Source: Methanobacteriota archaeon (lineage in GTDB: Archaea; Thermoplasmatota; Thermoplasmata; SG8-5; JAGLSY01). From it: a stretch of DNA of 64,000 bases. The stretch lies in the NCBI GenBank assembly GCA_020697715.1, contig JAEHCO010000001.1, positions 842,149 to 906,148 on the forward strand, in the 5' to 3' direction. Under the pieces are notes generated by a model. The model saw only the letters and a list, made by a program, of their open reading frames with translations. It ran no database searches and was not told where the DNA came from. Positions 38,775-48,464 of this stretch are shown piece by piece; within the stretch, counting starts at the first letter, position 1, and every line of letters starts with the position of its first letter. A program made the translations under genes and the position numbers.

Positions 38775-39176
38775 ATGCCAGAATTAAAAAATTACAGAGT
38801 GTTTATAAGCCATGCGTGGGAATACAATGCAGATTACCATAGATTAGTAAAAATGCTTAATGAGGCAGATCTATTCAATTGGTCAAATTACAGCGTGCCA
38901 GAACATGACCCATTGGATATGAAAGGATTAATGACTGCATTAGAAAGACAAATTGATCCAACAAATATTGTAATTATCCTATCGGGAATGTATGCTGCCC
39001 ATAGTGACTGGATACAAAAAGAGATAGATATAGCTATCAAGAAAGGTAAAACTATAATCGGAATTGCACCATGGGGTCAACAAAATATTCCTGTTGTCAT
39101 TCAAGAAGCCGCTGAAGATGTAATAAGATGGAATACAACATCTATTATTGATGCTATTCGGAAGTATGCTAAATGA
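38775..39176 (+). CDS. Stand-alone TIR-domain protein (MTH538/DUF1863, Thoeris ThsB-like)
   Basis: YRVFISHAW, NYSVP..DP, VIILSGMY...SDWIQKEIDIA (catalytic Glu position), IIGIAPWG and WNTTSIIDAIR. Confidence 0.88.
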   Translation: MPELKNYRVFISHAWEYNADYHRLVKMLNEADLFNWSNYSVPEHDPLDMKGLMTALERQIDPTNIVIILSGMYAAHSDWIQKEIDIAIKKGKTIIGIAPWGQQNIPVVIQEAAEDVIRWNTTSIIDAIRKYAK

Positions 39177-39649
39177 AAAAAACTGATTATGGAGAGCAAT
39201 ATAACGTGCATCTGCTGGAACAATATAAATTATATGTAGAAATGGCAGATCGCATAAGTATTCGAAGAGGTCAAACAAATAAATTTTATATTTCTCTCTT
39301 GTCAGGATTATTGGCTTTACTATCGATAATGATTGGAACAGAAGGCTTTGATGATATACGCTTGACCGTATTGTTTGCGATTGGATTTCTAGGAACTGTA
39401 CTATGTTTAGTATGGTTTATCAACATAAATTCATACAGACAGTTAAACACTGCTAAGTTTAAAATTATAAACAAAATGGAAGAGAGCTTACCATATCCCT
39501 GTTATGATCTTGAATGGAAACTCCTTGGCCAGGGGAAAGAAAGTAAGAAATATTTACAATTAACACGCGTAGAAAAATATATACCAATTATTCTTTCAGT
39601 TCCTTACATATTACTGCTTGGATATACAATATATATTTGGTTTATTTAA
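39173..39649 (+). CDS. Three-TM membrane protein, RipA-like octameric membrane protein family; putative defence effector
   Basis: LLEQYKLYVEMADRISIRR..TNKFY, W...INSYRQLNTAKF.II..ME..LP, EW..L and LT.VEKYIP; ATGA overlap with the TIR gene. Confidence 0.75.
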   Translation: MKKTDYGEQYNVHLLEQYKLYVEMADRISIRRGQTNKFYISLLSGLLALLSIMIGTEGFDDIRLTVLFAIGFLGTVLCLVWFININSYRQLNTAKFKIINKMEESLPYPCYDLEWKLLGQGKESKKYLQLTRVEKYIPIILSVPYILLLGYTIYIWFI

Positions 39650-39794
39650 TATTCAAGAACCCCTAGTAGGCAGGGCTTGATGCAGGGCACAATGTTAGGG
39701 GAGTAAGAAGCCAAGAATCCCCCTAGTCTGATCTAACCCGATGATAATTTTATTAACACAATATAACTTCAGGTTTCCCACAGGGAGCAATAAG

Positions 39795-41051
39795 ATGAAA
39801 TTCAATATTCCATATGGAAAGGAAAGTGTTGAGATCGATTTTGATTTACCGCATACGATCCTGATGCCCAATTCGGTCGAGGTCAGGGACGAGGCCAAGG
39901 TGCTGGATGAAGCTCTGGCCAACCCGATTGGGTCGGTGCCTTTTTCAGAGTTCGCTGATAAATCCGAGAGAATGCTGGTCATCGTGAATGACGCGACAAG
40001 GCCGACACCGACGAAGAAGGTGTTGGAACTTCTTCGTGACGACTTGACCGCGCATCCGGATGTGACCTATGTCGTGGCTACTGGAGTTCACAGAGCTCCG
40101 ACTGATGAGGAATACCAATTCATCTTCGGGGACATGTACGAAGATGTTAAAGATAAAATAATCGCGCACGATGCGAGAAAAGATGAGGATATGGTGTATC
40201 TGGGCGTGTCGAAGAATGGAACAGAAATGTACCTGAATAAAATAGTTCCAGAGATCAAGAATGTGGTCGTCATCGGCAGTGTGGAGCCGCATTATTTCGC
40301 TGGATACACGGGAGGTCGAAAAGCATTCCTTCCGGGTGTCGCTTCCTACAAGACAATTGAAATGAACCACAAGGCCGCGCTCAGCGATTCCGCAAGGTCA
40401 CTGGCATTGGAGGGAAATCCAGTTCATGAGGACATGATAGATGCGATGAACGTGCTGAAGGACATCAATGTCTTTTCCATTCAGACGGTACTGACTGGCG
40501 ACCACAGTATTTACGCGGTTACTGCTGGGGATCTTTTCCAGAGCTTCGATGCCGCTATCGAGAGAGCCAATGAGGTGTTCTGCGTGCCACTGGATGCGAA
40601 AGCAGATATTGTGATCTCTGTAGCTCCGTATCCGATGGACATAGACCTGTATCAGAGCCAGAAGGCACTGGATAACAGCAAGCTGGCATTGAAGGACGGC
40701 GGAGTTACGATAATAGTTTCCAAGTGCAGGATGGGAGTGGGAGAAGAAGCCTTCCTCGACCTGCTTGGAAGTGCCGCGACACCCGAAGAGATAATGAAGA
40801 AGCTGGAAGGCGAGTATAAGTTAGGATACCACAAGGCGGCGAAGATGGCGCAGATAGGGACCTGGGCCAGTATTTACGGGGTCACTGACCTTTCGGACGA
40901 GATGATGCTGAAGGCACATCTCAAGCCTTTCGCATCCGTGCAAAAGGCTTTGGATGCCGCGATCGTGGAAATGAAAGGCAAGGGCAGGGAACCTAGTCTC
41001 GTGATAATGCCAGCCGGTAGTTTGACCATACCATTAGTGAGGGGTGAATAA
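39795..41051 (+). CDS. larA: LarA-family nickel-pincer 2-hydroxyacid racemase
   Basis: PYG, ALANPIG, IVNDATRPTP, ATGVHR, PHYFAGYTGGRK and DLYQSQKAL. ATG 39795 (track 39741). Substrate is uncertain. Confidence 0.88.
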   Translation: MKFNIPYGKESVEIDFDLPHTILMPNSVEVRDEAKVLDEALANPIGSVPFSEFADKSERMLVIVNDATRPTPTKKVLELLRDDLTAHPDVTYVVATGVHRAPTDEEYQFIFGDMYEDVKDKIIAHDARKDEDMVYLGVSKNGTEMYLNKIVPEIKNVVVIGSVEPHYFAGYTGGRKAFLPGVASYKTIEMNHKAALSDSARSLALEGNPVHEDMIDAMNVLKDINVFSIQTVLTGDHSIYAVTAGDLFQSFDAAIERANEVFCVPLDAKADIVISVAPYPMDIDLYQSQKALDNSKLALKDGGVTIIVSKCRMGVGEEAFLDLLGSAATPEEIMKKLEGEYKLGYHKAAKMAQIGTWASIYGVTDLSDEMMLKAHLKPFASVQKALDAAIVEMKGKGREPSLVIMPAGSLTIPLVRGE

Positions 41052-41913
41052 TTTGTTTGATGAAGAAAAAGTATTGAAGGCTCTGGTGAAGGGCATGAGG
41101 GATGGAGTTATAGAATTACCACTGGATGTGCACGAGAAGATAAAGGAAGCACATGCGAAGGAGACCAATGAGACCGCTAAGAATCAACTGGAGGCCATAC
41201 TGACGAATATCCAGCTGGCACACGATGGGCAAGCTCCAATGTGCCAGGATACTGGCGTGCAGATATTCTTCATAAAAGCGGGCTATGATTTCCCATATTT
41301 GAAGGAACTGGTAAAGCTCGTTCCAAAGGCCATAGCGAAGGCCACGACGGATGTTCCATTGAGGCCGAACACAGTGAATCCATTTGATGGCACTAATCCA
41401 AAAAATAACTTGGGCTTCAATATGCCCGCTATGACCATCGACATGGTGGAAGGCGATGGAGCAACGGTCTATGTCTTCCCCAAGGGCGGTGGAAGCGAGA
41501 ACATGTCCAAGCTCTGGATGCTTACGCCAGCACAGGGCTTCAAGGTCATGAAACAGAAGATAATCGAGCAGGTTCAATTCGCAGGAGGCAAGCCATGCCC
41601 GCCGATAGTTGTCGGAATTGGCATTGGAGGGGGAGCGGACATCGCGATGAAGCTGGCGAAAAAGGCACTTCTCCGACCACTGGATGAGCCAAATCCAAAG
41701 CCCGAGATCGCGGAGATGGAGAAGGAACTCCTGGACATGATAAACTCATTGGGTGTGGGAGCGATGGGAATGGGCGGAGATACGACATCTCTCGCGGTCC
41801 AGATCGAATACACGAACAGACATCCCGCGACCTTCCCGGTCGGGATGGTGATTCAGTGCTGGTGTGACAGACGCCAGAGCATTAAGATAAACAAAGACGG
41901 GATGGTGGTGTAA
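41044..41913 (+). CDS. Class I Fe-S fumarate hydratase (tartrate dehydratase-like), alpha subunit
   Basis: [34 protein letters not shown] and IQCWC. Confidence 0.9.
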   Translation: MNNLFDEEKVLKALVKGMRDGVIELPLDVHEKIKEAHAKETNETAKNQLEAILTNIQLAHDGQAPMCQDTGVQIFFIKAGYDFPYLKELVKLVPKAIAKATTDVPLRPNTVNPFDGTNPKNNLGFNMPAMTIDMVEGDGATVYVFPKGGGSENMSKLWMLTPAQGFKVMKQKIIEQVQFAGGKPCPPIVVGIGIGGGADIAMKLAKKALLRPLDEPNPKPEIAEMEKELLDMINSLGVGAMGMGGDTTSLAVQIEYTNRHPATFPVGMVIQCWCDRRQSIKINKDGMVV

Positions 41914-42510
41914 TTGGCTGAATACAGACTCACCACACCAGTTGATGAAGAGACAATTTCCAAGCTGAAAGTTAATGATGTCGTTTACCTGAGCGGTACT
42001 GTTTTCACCGCTCGCGACGAGGCCCACATGGAACTGATGGAGGACGGCGGTGTCGAGGGATTTGACATGACTGGCCTTGGTCTTTACCATGCTGGACCTG
42101 TGATGAAAAAGGAAGGAGACGAATGGCAAGTGGTATCCGCTGGCCCGACCACGAGTTATAGAATGGAAACTCTGGAGCCCAAGTTCCTGGACATGTTCCC
42201 GGTGAAGCTGATAATCGGCAAGGGCGGCATGGGTCCGCTTACACTCGCGGCCCTGAAGAAGAACAATGTCGTTTATGTATCATTCACTGGCGGAGCCGGA
42301 GCTCTGGCCGCGAAAGGTCTGGGCAAGGTCAAGACCGTTTATTACCTTGACAAGCTGGGCATGCCCGAAGCTGTCTGGGTCTTCGAGGCCAAGGAATTCG
42401 GACCACTCGTTGTGTCGATGGATTCCCACGGTGATTCCCTATACGATGTGGTCAATGCTAAGACCAAGCAGCAGATGGAGAAGATCTTCAAGGAAACGCT
42501 GGGTGTTTGA
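41914..42510 (+). CDS. Class I Fe-S fumarate hydratase, beta subunit
   Basis: TARDEAH, YHAGP, SAGPTTSYRM, IGKGGM, LGMPEA and DSHG. Confidence 0.9.
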   Translation: MAEYRLTTPVDEETISKLKVNDVVYLSGTVFTARDEAHMELMEDGGVEGFDMTGLGLYHAGPVMKKEGDEWQVVSAGPTTSYRMETLEPKFLDMFPVKLIIGKGGMGPLTLAALKKNNVVYVSFTGGAGALAAKGLGKVKTVYYLDKLGMPEAVWVFEAKEFGPLVVSMDSHGDSLYDVVNAKTKQQMEKIFKETLGV

Positions 42511-42529
42511 ATCTGGCCAACACTGAATG

Positions 42530-42556
42530 ATGACCGCGGAAAAACACCGCGGTCAT
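42530..42556 (+). terminator. 10-bp hairpin after the fumarase genes
   Basis: ATGACCGCGG-AAAAACA-CCGCGGTCAT. Confidence 0.55.
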
Positions 42557-42605
42557 AAACCTTTATTACTTTCTTTTCATTACCCACGGCACGAGAGTGA
42601 ATAAA

Positions 42606-43781
42606 ATGAAGATCCATGAATATCAGGCCAAGGAGATATTTGCCAGGTATGGAATACCCGTGCCAGAAGGTCAAATGGTCACAGAAGTGGGCGATGTAAA
42701 AAGATTTTTCGAAGAGAAGGGCGGGCCAGTTGTTGTCAAAGCTCAGATCCATGCCGGTGGCAGGGGTAAGGGCGGCGGGGTCAAGTTCTCCCCAACTGTC
42801 GAGGTCGCGGAACAGGCGGCCAAGGACATAATGGGCATGACATTGGTCACCCACCAGACCGGGCCAGAGGGAAAATTGGTCCAGAGACTTCTTGTCGAGA
42901 AGGCGGCCAATATCGAGACCGAGATGTACCTGGGATTCGTGATGGATCGTGAAACATCACGAGTTGCGATAATCGCTTCCACCGAAGGTGGCGTGGAGAT
43001 AGAAAAGGTCGCTGCTGAGACTCCGGAGAAGATAATCAAGATCTGGATCGACCCAGCTGTTGGTCTCATGCCTTTCCAGGCAAGGGAAGTTTGCTTCAAA
43101 TTGGGCCTTGAAGGAACTGCTTTCAAGGGCGGTGTGAAGATGCTTCAGAACCTTTACAGGATGTTCACTGAAGAGGATGCTTCCATGGCGGAGATCAATC
43201 CCATGATAGTTACAAAGGAAGGAGAAGCAATGGCGCTGGATGCGAAGGTCAATTTCGATGACAATGCCGGATTCAGGCAAAAACACCATGCGGAACTCCG
43301 TGACATCAGCGAGGAAGACCCACTGGAGGTCGAGGCTTCCAAGTTCGACCTCAATTATATCAAGTTGGATGGCAAGGTCGGTTGCATGGTGAATGGCGCG
43401 GGATTGGCAATGGCCACCATGGATCTCATCAAGCAATGTGGGAGCGAGCCAGCCAATTTCCTCGATGTCGGAGGATCAGCTTCTGCGGAAGGAGTGGAGA
43501 ATGCCTTCAGGATACTAATGAGCGACAAGGATGTCAAGTGCGTGTTGATAAATATCTTTGGCGGAATTGTCCGATGTGACAAGGTGGCCAATGGTGTTGT
43601 CGAGGCCATCAGGAATATCGGAAATGTTGAAGTTCCGATAGTTGTCAGATTAGAAGGCACAAATGCCAAAGAAGGCCTGGAAATAATCAACAATTCGGGA
43701 TTGAACTTCCACACAGCCCAGGGCTTTGCGGATGCGGCCAAGAAAGCTGCAGATCTTGCAGAAGGCAGAGGAGGTGCTTGA
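42606..43781 (+). CDS. sucC: Succinyl-CoA synthetase beta subunit
   Basis: [48 protein letters not shown] and [10 protein letters not shown]. Confidence 0.96.
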   Translation: MKIHEYQAKEIFARYGIPVPEGQMVTEVGDVKRFFEEKGGPVVVKAQIHAGGRGKGGGVKFSPTVEVAEQAAKDIMGMTLVTHQTGPEGKLVQRLLVEKAANIETEMYLGFVMDRETSRVAIIASTEGGVEIEKVAAETPEKIIKIWIDPAVGLMPFQAREVCFKLGLEGTAFKGGVKMLQNLYRMFTEEDASMAEINPMIVTKEGEAMALDAKVNFDDNAGFRQKHHAELRDISEEDPLEVEASKFDLNYIKLDGKVGCMVNGAGLAMATMDLIKQCGSEPANFLDVGGSASAEGVENAFRILMSDKDVKCVLINIFGGIVRCDKVANGVVEAIRNIGNVEVPIVVRLEGTNAKEGLEIINNSGLNFHTAQGFADAAKKAADLAEGRGGA

Positions 43782-43782
43782 T

Positions 43783-44652
43783 ATGGCAATTTTACTAAAA
43801 GAACACACGAAAGTGATGGTTCAGGGACTTGGCAAGGAAGGCCAGTTCCATGCGGAGAAGATGTTGGAATGCGGAACAAAGGTCGTTGCAGGAATTCGAC
43901 CTGGAAAGGCAGGCCAGGACGTTCTCGGAATACCATGCTTCAATACAGTCGCGGATGCAAAAGCCGCGACTGGCGCCAATGCTTCCATCATATTCGTACC
44001 ATCGCCCTTCGCGGCAGACGCGGTCATGGAGGCCATAGATGCGGAACTCGAACTGGTCGTCTTGATAACCGAAGGAATTCCAACACTGGACATGATCAAG
44101 GTCAAGAACAAACTAAAGAACAGCAAGACGAATCTCATAGGTCCTAATTGTCCAGGTATAATCACACCAGGTATTGGCAAAATGGGTATCTTGCCAGTTA
44201 GTATCTTCATACCTGGCAAGTGCGGTGTCATATCCCGATCTGGAACTCTCACATACGAGGTCGCGGCCCAGCTAACAGCAGTTGGTATTGGCCAGAGCAC
44301 GTGCATCGGTATCGGAGGAGACCCTGTAATAGGAACCTCACACAGGGACGCTCTCGAGATGTTCAATAATGACCCGGACACGGACATGGTCGCGCTTATC
44401 GGTGAGATCGGTGGAACTGATGAGGAAATTGCAGCTGAATATATCAAGGACCACATGACGAAGCCAGTGGTCGCATTTATAGCCGGATCAACAGCCCCCA
44501 AGGGTAAGAGAATGGGTCATGCTGGTGCTATCATCGCTGGTGGAAAAGGAACCGCAGCGGAAAAGAAGGAAGCCCTTCGAGCCGCGGGTGTCGCGGTCGC
44601 AGACTCTCCGGCGGATGTGGGTATCACTGCAAAGAGGATACTGGAAGGTTAA
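43783..44652 (+). CDS. sucD: Succinyl-CoA synthetase alpha subunit
   Basis: [22 protein letters not shown] and KRMGHAGA (phospho-His). Confidence 0.96.
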   Translation: MAILLKEHTKVMVQGLGKEGQFHAEKMLECGTKVVAGIRPGKAGQDVLGIPCFNTVADAKAATGANASIIFVPSPFAADAVMEAIDAELELVVLITEGIPTLDMIKVKNKLKNSKTNLIGPNCPGIITPGIGKMGILPVSIFIPGKCGVISRSGTLTYEVAAQLTAVGIGQSTCIGIGGDPVIGTSHRDALEMFNNDPDTDMVALIGEIGGTDEEIAAEYIKDHMTKPVVAFIAGSTAPKGKRMGHAGAIIAGGKGTAAEKKEALRAAGVAVADSPADVGITAKRILEG

Positions 44653-44853
44653 GGTGCATGAGACCCTCGCCCTTTGGACGAGGGTTATCTTCTTCTTCTT
44701 CATCATCATCCCGCATAATTTATGCAATGCCAGTATATTATCTATAGAATGCGAAAAATAACAATTATTAATTAATAATATATCAAAAATGAGAATATAT
44801 ATATAGTACAAATGCCATTGTGTTATACATAGCCAATAAGGGAGGATTATGAT

Positions 44854-46203
44854 ATGTTAGTGTTAGTTAGATTATTTCCAAAAGGTGGATTGAGTAATTT
44901 CTGTAATGTGTTTGAGAGCGAGAAGAGAAACCTGTACTGGGACGATGTAAAGCCCCTGTATGCTCTTCGCCAGGAAGGCAAGAGATATGTCAGCATACTT
45001 CTGGATGTGAAGAAGTTCGAAGCTGTTGAGAATGTTTTCTTGAAGGACGTTATGGCCATGGCGTCAGTAAGCCAGACCCGTACCATCCCGATCATGAGCC
45101 CGATATATTTCCCACTTCCAGAGGGACATCCGGAAGATATGGATCGATACATCGCCGTGCTGAGGGTGGATCCTGAAAATTACAAATCCGTGTACGATAA
45201 TATCGCGGCAACCAAGACAGATGGCAATGCCTTCATCAATTATGTATCGTACTCATTTGGGGATGATGACATAATAGTTTCAATGTTCGCAAAGGACAGG
45301 GAAGCTGCCAATAAATTTGCCAATGATAAGATAAATTCCATCGATGGAGTGAATGCGATGGATGTCTCGAAGATAGTTCGAAGGCTACCTATGCTCCCTC
45401 AGAATGAGATGAATGCCCATACAGATAGATTTATTTATTCAGCTCCTGCGGGAGAGGGCGGATCTCTGAAAAACCCAGATCTATTCAATAAATATGCCAG
45501 CGAGAAGGATTCCTTCACGGTCATAGTGAGGATGTTTGGCAAGACTGGTATGACCAAGTTATGGGATGAGATAAAGTCAGATGTTCCCAAGTTCGAAACT
45601 GAATTTATCAAACCTCTCTATGCTTCAAGACCTGAAAAGAAGAATTATTCATCAGTGATCTTTGAAGTAAACAATTTCGAAGATCTCAAGGATTTCGTTG
45701 TGGACAATATGCAGAATATGAGCTCGGTCAGCAAAACAAGGACTATACCCATGCTCGAACCTACGTATTTCCTGATGCCTAAACAACATCCTGATGGTCT
45801 GTTCAGGTTCCTCATAACTCTGCGAGTTCTTCCAAAGCATTACCAGGCAGTACGTTCGAAGATCACGGGATATGCGTATCCTGACAATGTTTACCTCACC
45901 TATGTATCATACACTCTTGGAGAGGATGATCTATTGGTATCCGTGCTGGCAGAATCAAGGAAAGCTGTCCAGAACTTTGCCAAATTGGCCTTTGAGAATA
46001 TGGACAGTGTGACATCGTACGACATTTCCAATCAGATGGCCACAACGAGATTGACCAGCCCGGAGACTTGGAAGAAGCATCAGAACCGCTTCCTTTCGAA
46101 CTTTGACAAGCATCACAAGAAGGAGTATGATTCCAGATATGACTGGACTGATGAGTTCAAAGACGATGCCGCTATGTCTGGCGCCTTTGTCAGCGATCTA
46201 TAA
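44854..46203 (+). CDS. Internally duplicated protein made of four Lrp/AsnC ligand-binding (RAM)-like domains, no HTH
   Basis: The two halves align (KPLYA; SVSxTRTIP..P.YF..P..HP; LRV.P..Y; YVSY..G.DD..VS). G.xD and V..T.T patterns match RAM domains. Confidence 0.6.
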   Translation: MLVLVRLFPKGGLSNFCNVFESEKRNLYWDDVKPLYALRQEGKRYVSILLDVKKFEAVENVFLKDVMAMASVSQTRTIPIMSPIYFPLPEGHPEDMDRYIAVLRVDPENYKSVYDNIAATKTDGNAFINYVSYSFGDDDIIVSMFAKDREAANKFANDKINSIDGVNAMDVSKIVRRLPMLPQNEMNAHTDRFIYSAPAGEGGSLKNPDLFNKYASEKDSFTVIVRMFGKTGMTKLWDEIKSDVPKFETEFIKPLYASRPEKKNYSSVIFEVNNFEDLKDFVVDNMQNMSSVSKTRTIPMLEPTYFLMPKQHPDGLFRFLITLRVLPKHYQAVRSKITGYAYPDNVYLTYVSYTLGEDDLLVSVLAESRKAVQNFAKLAFENMDSVTSYDISNQMATTRLTSPETWKKHQNRFLSNFDKHHKKEYDSRYDWTDEFKDDAAMSGAFVSDL

Positions 46204-46213
46204 AATAGATAAA

Positions 46214-46252
46214 CGGAGGCCGTTGTAATTTCGGCCTCCGATCTTTCATTTT
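46214..46252 (+). terminator. Hairpin plus T-rich terminator
   Basis: CGGAGGCCG-N9-CGGCCTCCG followed by ATCTTTCATTTT. Confidence 0.65.
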
Positions 46253-46278
46253 AAATATTTTTCTTAGAAAGTTATAGA

Positions 46279-46309
46279 TTATTAAGAGTTTAATAAAAAC
46301 TCTTAATAA
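46279..46309. promoter_or_regulatory. 13-bp perfect inverted repeat upstream of the aconitase-ACL-IDH genes
   Basis: TTATTAAGAGTTT-AATAA-AAACTCTTAATAA. Confidence 0.5.
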
Positions 46310-46411
46310 CCTCTTTTACTTTACCCAGTGATATCTTAGCATAGATAACCTTTAATTAACAGTTAAAGGGGGGTTTGAAAACAGTATTGAATAGATATAG
46401 GATTGATTATC

Positions 46412-48346
46412 ATGGGTAGAAGTTTGACACGTAAGATTTTAGAGGAACATTTGGTAGTGGGCGAATATGTGCCTGGGAATGAGATCGGCATCAAGATCGA
46501 TCAGACATTGACCCAGGACGCGACAGGGACCATGGCTTATTTGCAATTCGAGGCTATGGGTCTAGACAAGGTCAAGACCGAGCTTTCTGTAAGCTATGTG
46601 GATCATAATACGGTCCAGGTAGGTTTCGAGAATGCGGATGATCACAAATATTTACAATCGGTGGCCGCCAAGTTCGGCATCGTGTATTCAAAGGCTGGCA
46701 ATGGAATTTGCCACCAGGTCCACTTAGAGAGATTTGGTAAGCCAGGAAAGACAATGACTGGCTCGGACAGCCACACTCCAACAGGCGGTGGCATTGGTAT
46801 GATATCCATAGGTGCTGGTGGCTTGGATGTCGCTGTCGCCATGGGTGGCGGGCCATTTTACATAACATGCCCCAGGGTGTACAAGATAAACCTGGTGGGC
46901 GAGCTTTCAGACTGGGTCAGTGCGAAAGATGTGGTTCTGAAAATGCTGGAGATATTCAGCGTCAAGGGCAATGTTGGCGTGATAATGGAATATGCTGGCC
47001 CTGGTGTTGCCACTCTTTCCGTCCCGGAAAGAGCGACCATCACGAACATGGGAGCCGAAATGGGAGTTACCACTTCCATTTTTCCATCGGACGAGGAGAC
47101 CAGGCGATTCTTGAAAGCACAGGGTCGCGAAGACGATTGGACAGCGATGGCCGCGGATGATGATGCGGAATATGACAAGGTCATCGATCTCGATCTAAGC
47201 ACTATCGAACCAATGGCCGCAGCTCCTCACAGCCCGGGAAAGGTCATCAAGGTAAGCGAGATGACAGGTACCAAGGTGGACCAAGTTTTGGTTGGCTCTT
47301 GTACAAATTCATCCTACAAGGACATGGTGACGGTTGCCAAGATAATGAAGGGCAAGCGAGCCCACCCAGATACATCATTCGGAATAGCCCCTGGTTCAAG
47401 ACAGGTGCTTCAGATGATCGCCAAGGAAGGATACCTGGCAGATCTAATTGATAGTGGTGCCAGGGTTTTGGAATCCGCATGCGGCTTTTGCATTGGAAAT
47501 CACCAGAGCCCGAAGACCGATGCCATATCCCTCAGGACGAATAACAGGAACTTCGAAGGACGTAGTGGTACAAAGAGCGCGCAAGTTTACTTGATAAGTC
47601 CAGAAGTGGCGGCTGTTTCCGCAGTAGCTGGAACCTTCACCGATCCCCGAACTGCTGGTCTTGCTTTCCCGAATGTGGAAATGCCAGATAATTTCCTTAT
47701 CGACGATTCCATGTTCATATTCCCGCAGGATGCTCCACCCAATGTCGAGGTCTACAGGGGTCCGAATATCGGTAACCCTCCAAGCAATGACAGGATGTCT
47801 GACGATATCATTGGGGACATCATGCTCAAGGTGGGGGACAATATAACCACCGATCATATCATGCCAGCAGGAGCAAGATTGAAGTATCGATCCAATGTTC
47901 CAAAATACTCCGAGTTCGTATTTGAACCAGTGGACACCACCTTCCCAACACGTTCGATGGAGAACAAGGAGAAAGGCAGACACAATATCATCATGGCCGG
48001 AAAATCATACGGCCAAGGTAGTTCACGAGAGCATGCGGCACTTTGTCCCATGTACCTCGGTGTGAAGGCTGTTATCGCGAAGTCCGTCGAGAGGATACAT
48101 GCGGCTAACCTTGTGAACTTCGGAATAGTTTCACTGGCTTTCAAGAATGAAGCTGATTATGACAAGGTAGATCAGGGTGATGAGATCGAGATGCCCGGTA
48201 TCAAACAGAAGATCATGGCCAGTGAGCCCGTGATGCTTGTGAACAAGACCAAGGGCATGGAATTGGAGCTCACATACGATCTATCGGACAGACAGAAGGA
48301 GATCCTATGCGAGGGTGGGCTACTGGCCTACACCGTGAAGGAGTAA
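46412..48346 (+). CDS. Aconitate hydratase (short single-chain type)
   Basis: QDATGTMA, DHN, GICHQVH, GSDSHT, GSCTNS, ACGFCIG, NRNFEGRSG, TTDHIMP and YGQGSSREHAA. Confidence 0.93.
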   Translation: MGRSLTRKILEEHLVVGEYVPGNEIGIKIDQTLTQDATGTMAYLQFEAMGLDKVKTELSVSYVDHNTVQVGFENADDHKYLQSVAAKFGIVYSKAGNGICHQVHLERFGKPGKTMTGSDSHTPTGGGIGMISIGAGGLDVAVAMGGGPFYITCPRVYKINLVGELSDWVSAKDVVLKMLEIFSVKGNVGVIMEYAGPGVATLSVPERATITNMGAEMGVTTSIFPSDEETRRFLKAQGREDDWTAMAADDDAEYDKVIDLDLSTIEPMAAAPHSPGKVIKVSEMTGTKVDQVLVGSCTNSSYKDMVTVAKIMKGKRAHPDTSFGIAPGSRQVLQMIAKEGYLADLIDSGARVLESACGFCIGNHQSPKTDAISLRTNNRNFEGRSGTKSAQVYLISPEVAAVSAVAGTFTDPRTAGLAFPNVEMPDNFLIDDSMFIFPQDAPPNVEVYRGPNIGNPPSNDRMSDDIIGDIMLKVGDNITTDHIMPAGARLKYRSNVPKYSEFVFEPVDTTFPTRSMENKEKGRHNIIMAGKSYGQGSSREHAALCPMYLGVKAVIAKSVERIHAANLVNFGIVSLAFKNEADYDKVDQGDEIEMPGIKQKIMASEPVMLVNKTKGMELELTYDLSDRQKEILCEGGLLAYTVKE

Positions 48347-48403
48347 AATCACATTACTAAAAATAATGAATATTGAGAGAAAATGAATTAAGGAGGAGGT
48401 AAG

Positions 48404-48434
48404 TTGAATGTGCGAATCCAATTCGCACATTCAA
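48404..48434 (+). other. Perfect 14-bp hairpin between aconitase and aclB
   Basis: TTGAATGTGCGAAT-CCA-ATTCGCACATTCAA. Confidence 0.7.
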
Positions 48435-48464
48435 ATTTCCAACTTGAAAAGGAGGAAATCAAAT

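Noticed and set aside
39654-39727. Imperfect direct repeat CAAGAA(T)CCCC(C)TAGT as an attachment-site scar
   Set aside because: Both copies are on the same side of the island and no left-border copy was found; too short to support.
38656-39740. Integron attC sites around the island genes
   Set aside because: GTTAGGG (39694) and ATCTAAC (39731) are in the wrong order for attC, no convincing paired arms follow the ORFs, and no integrase is present.
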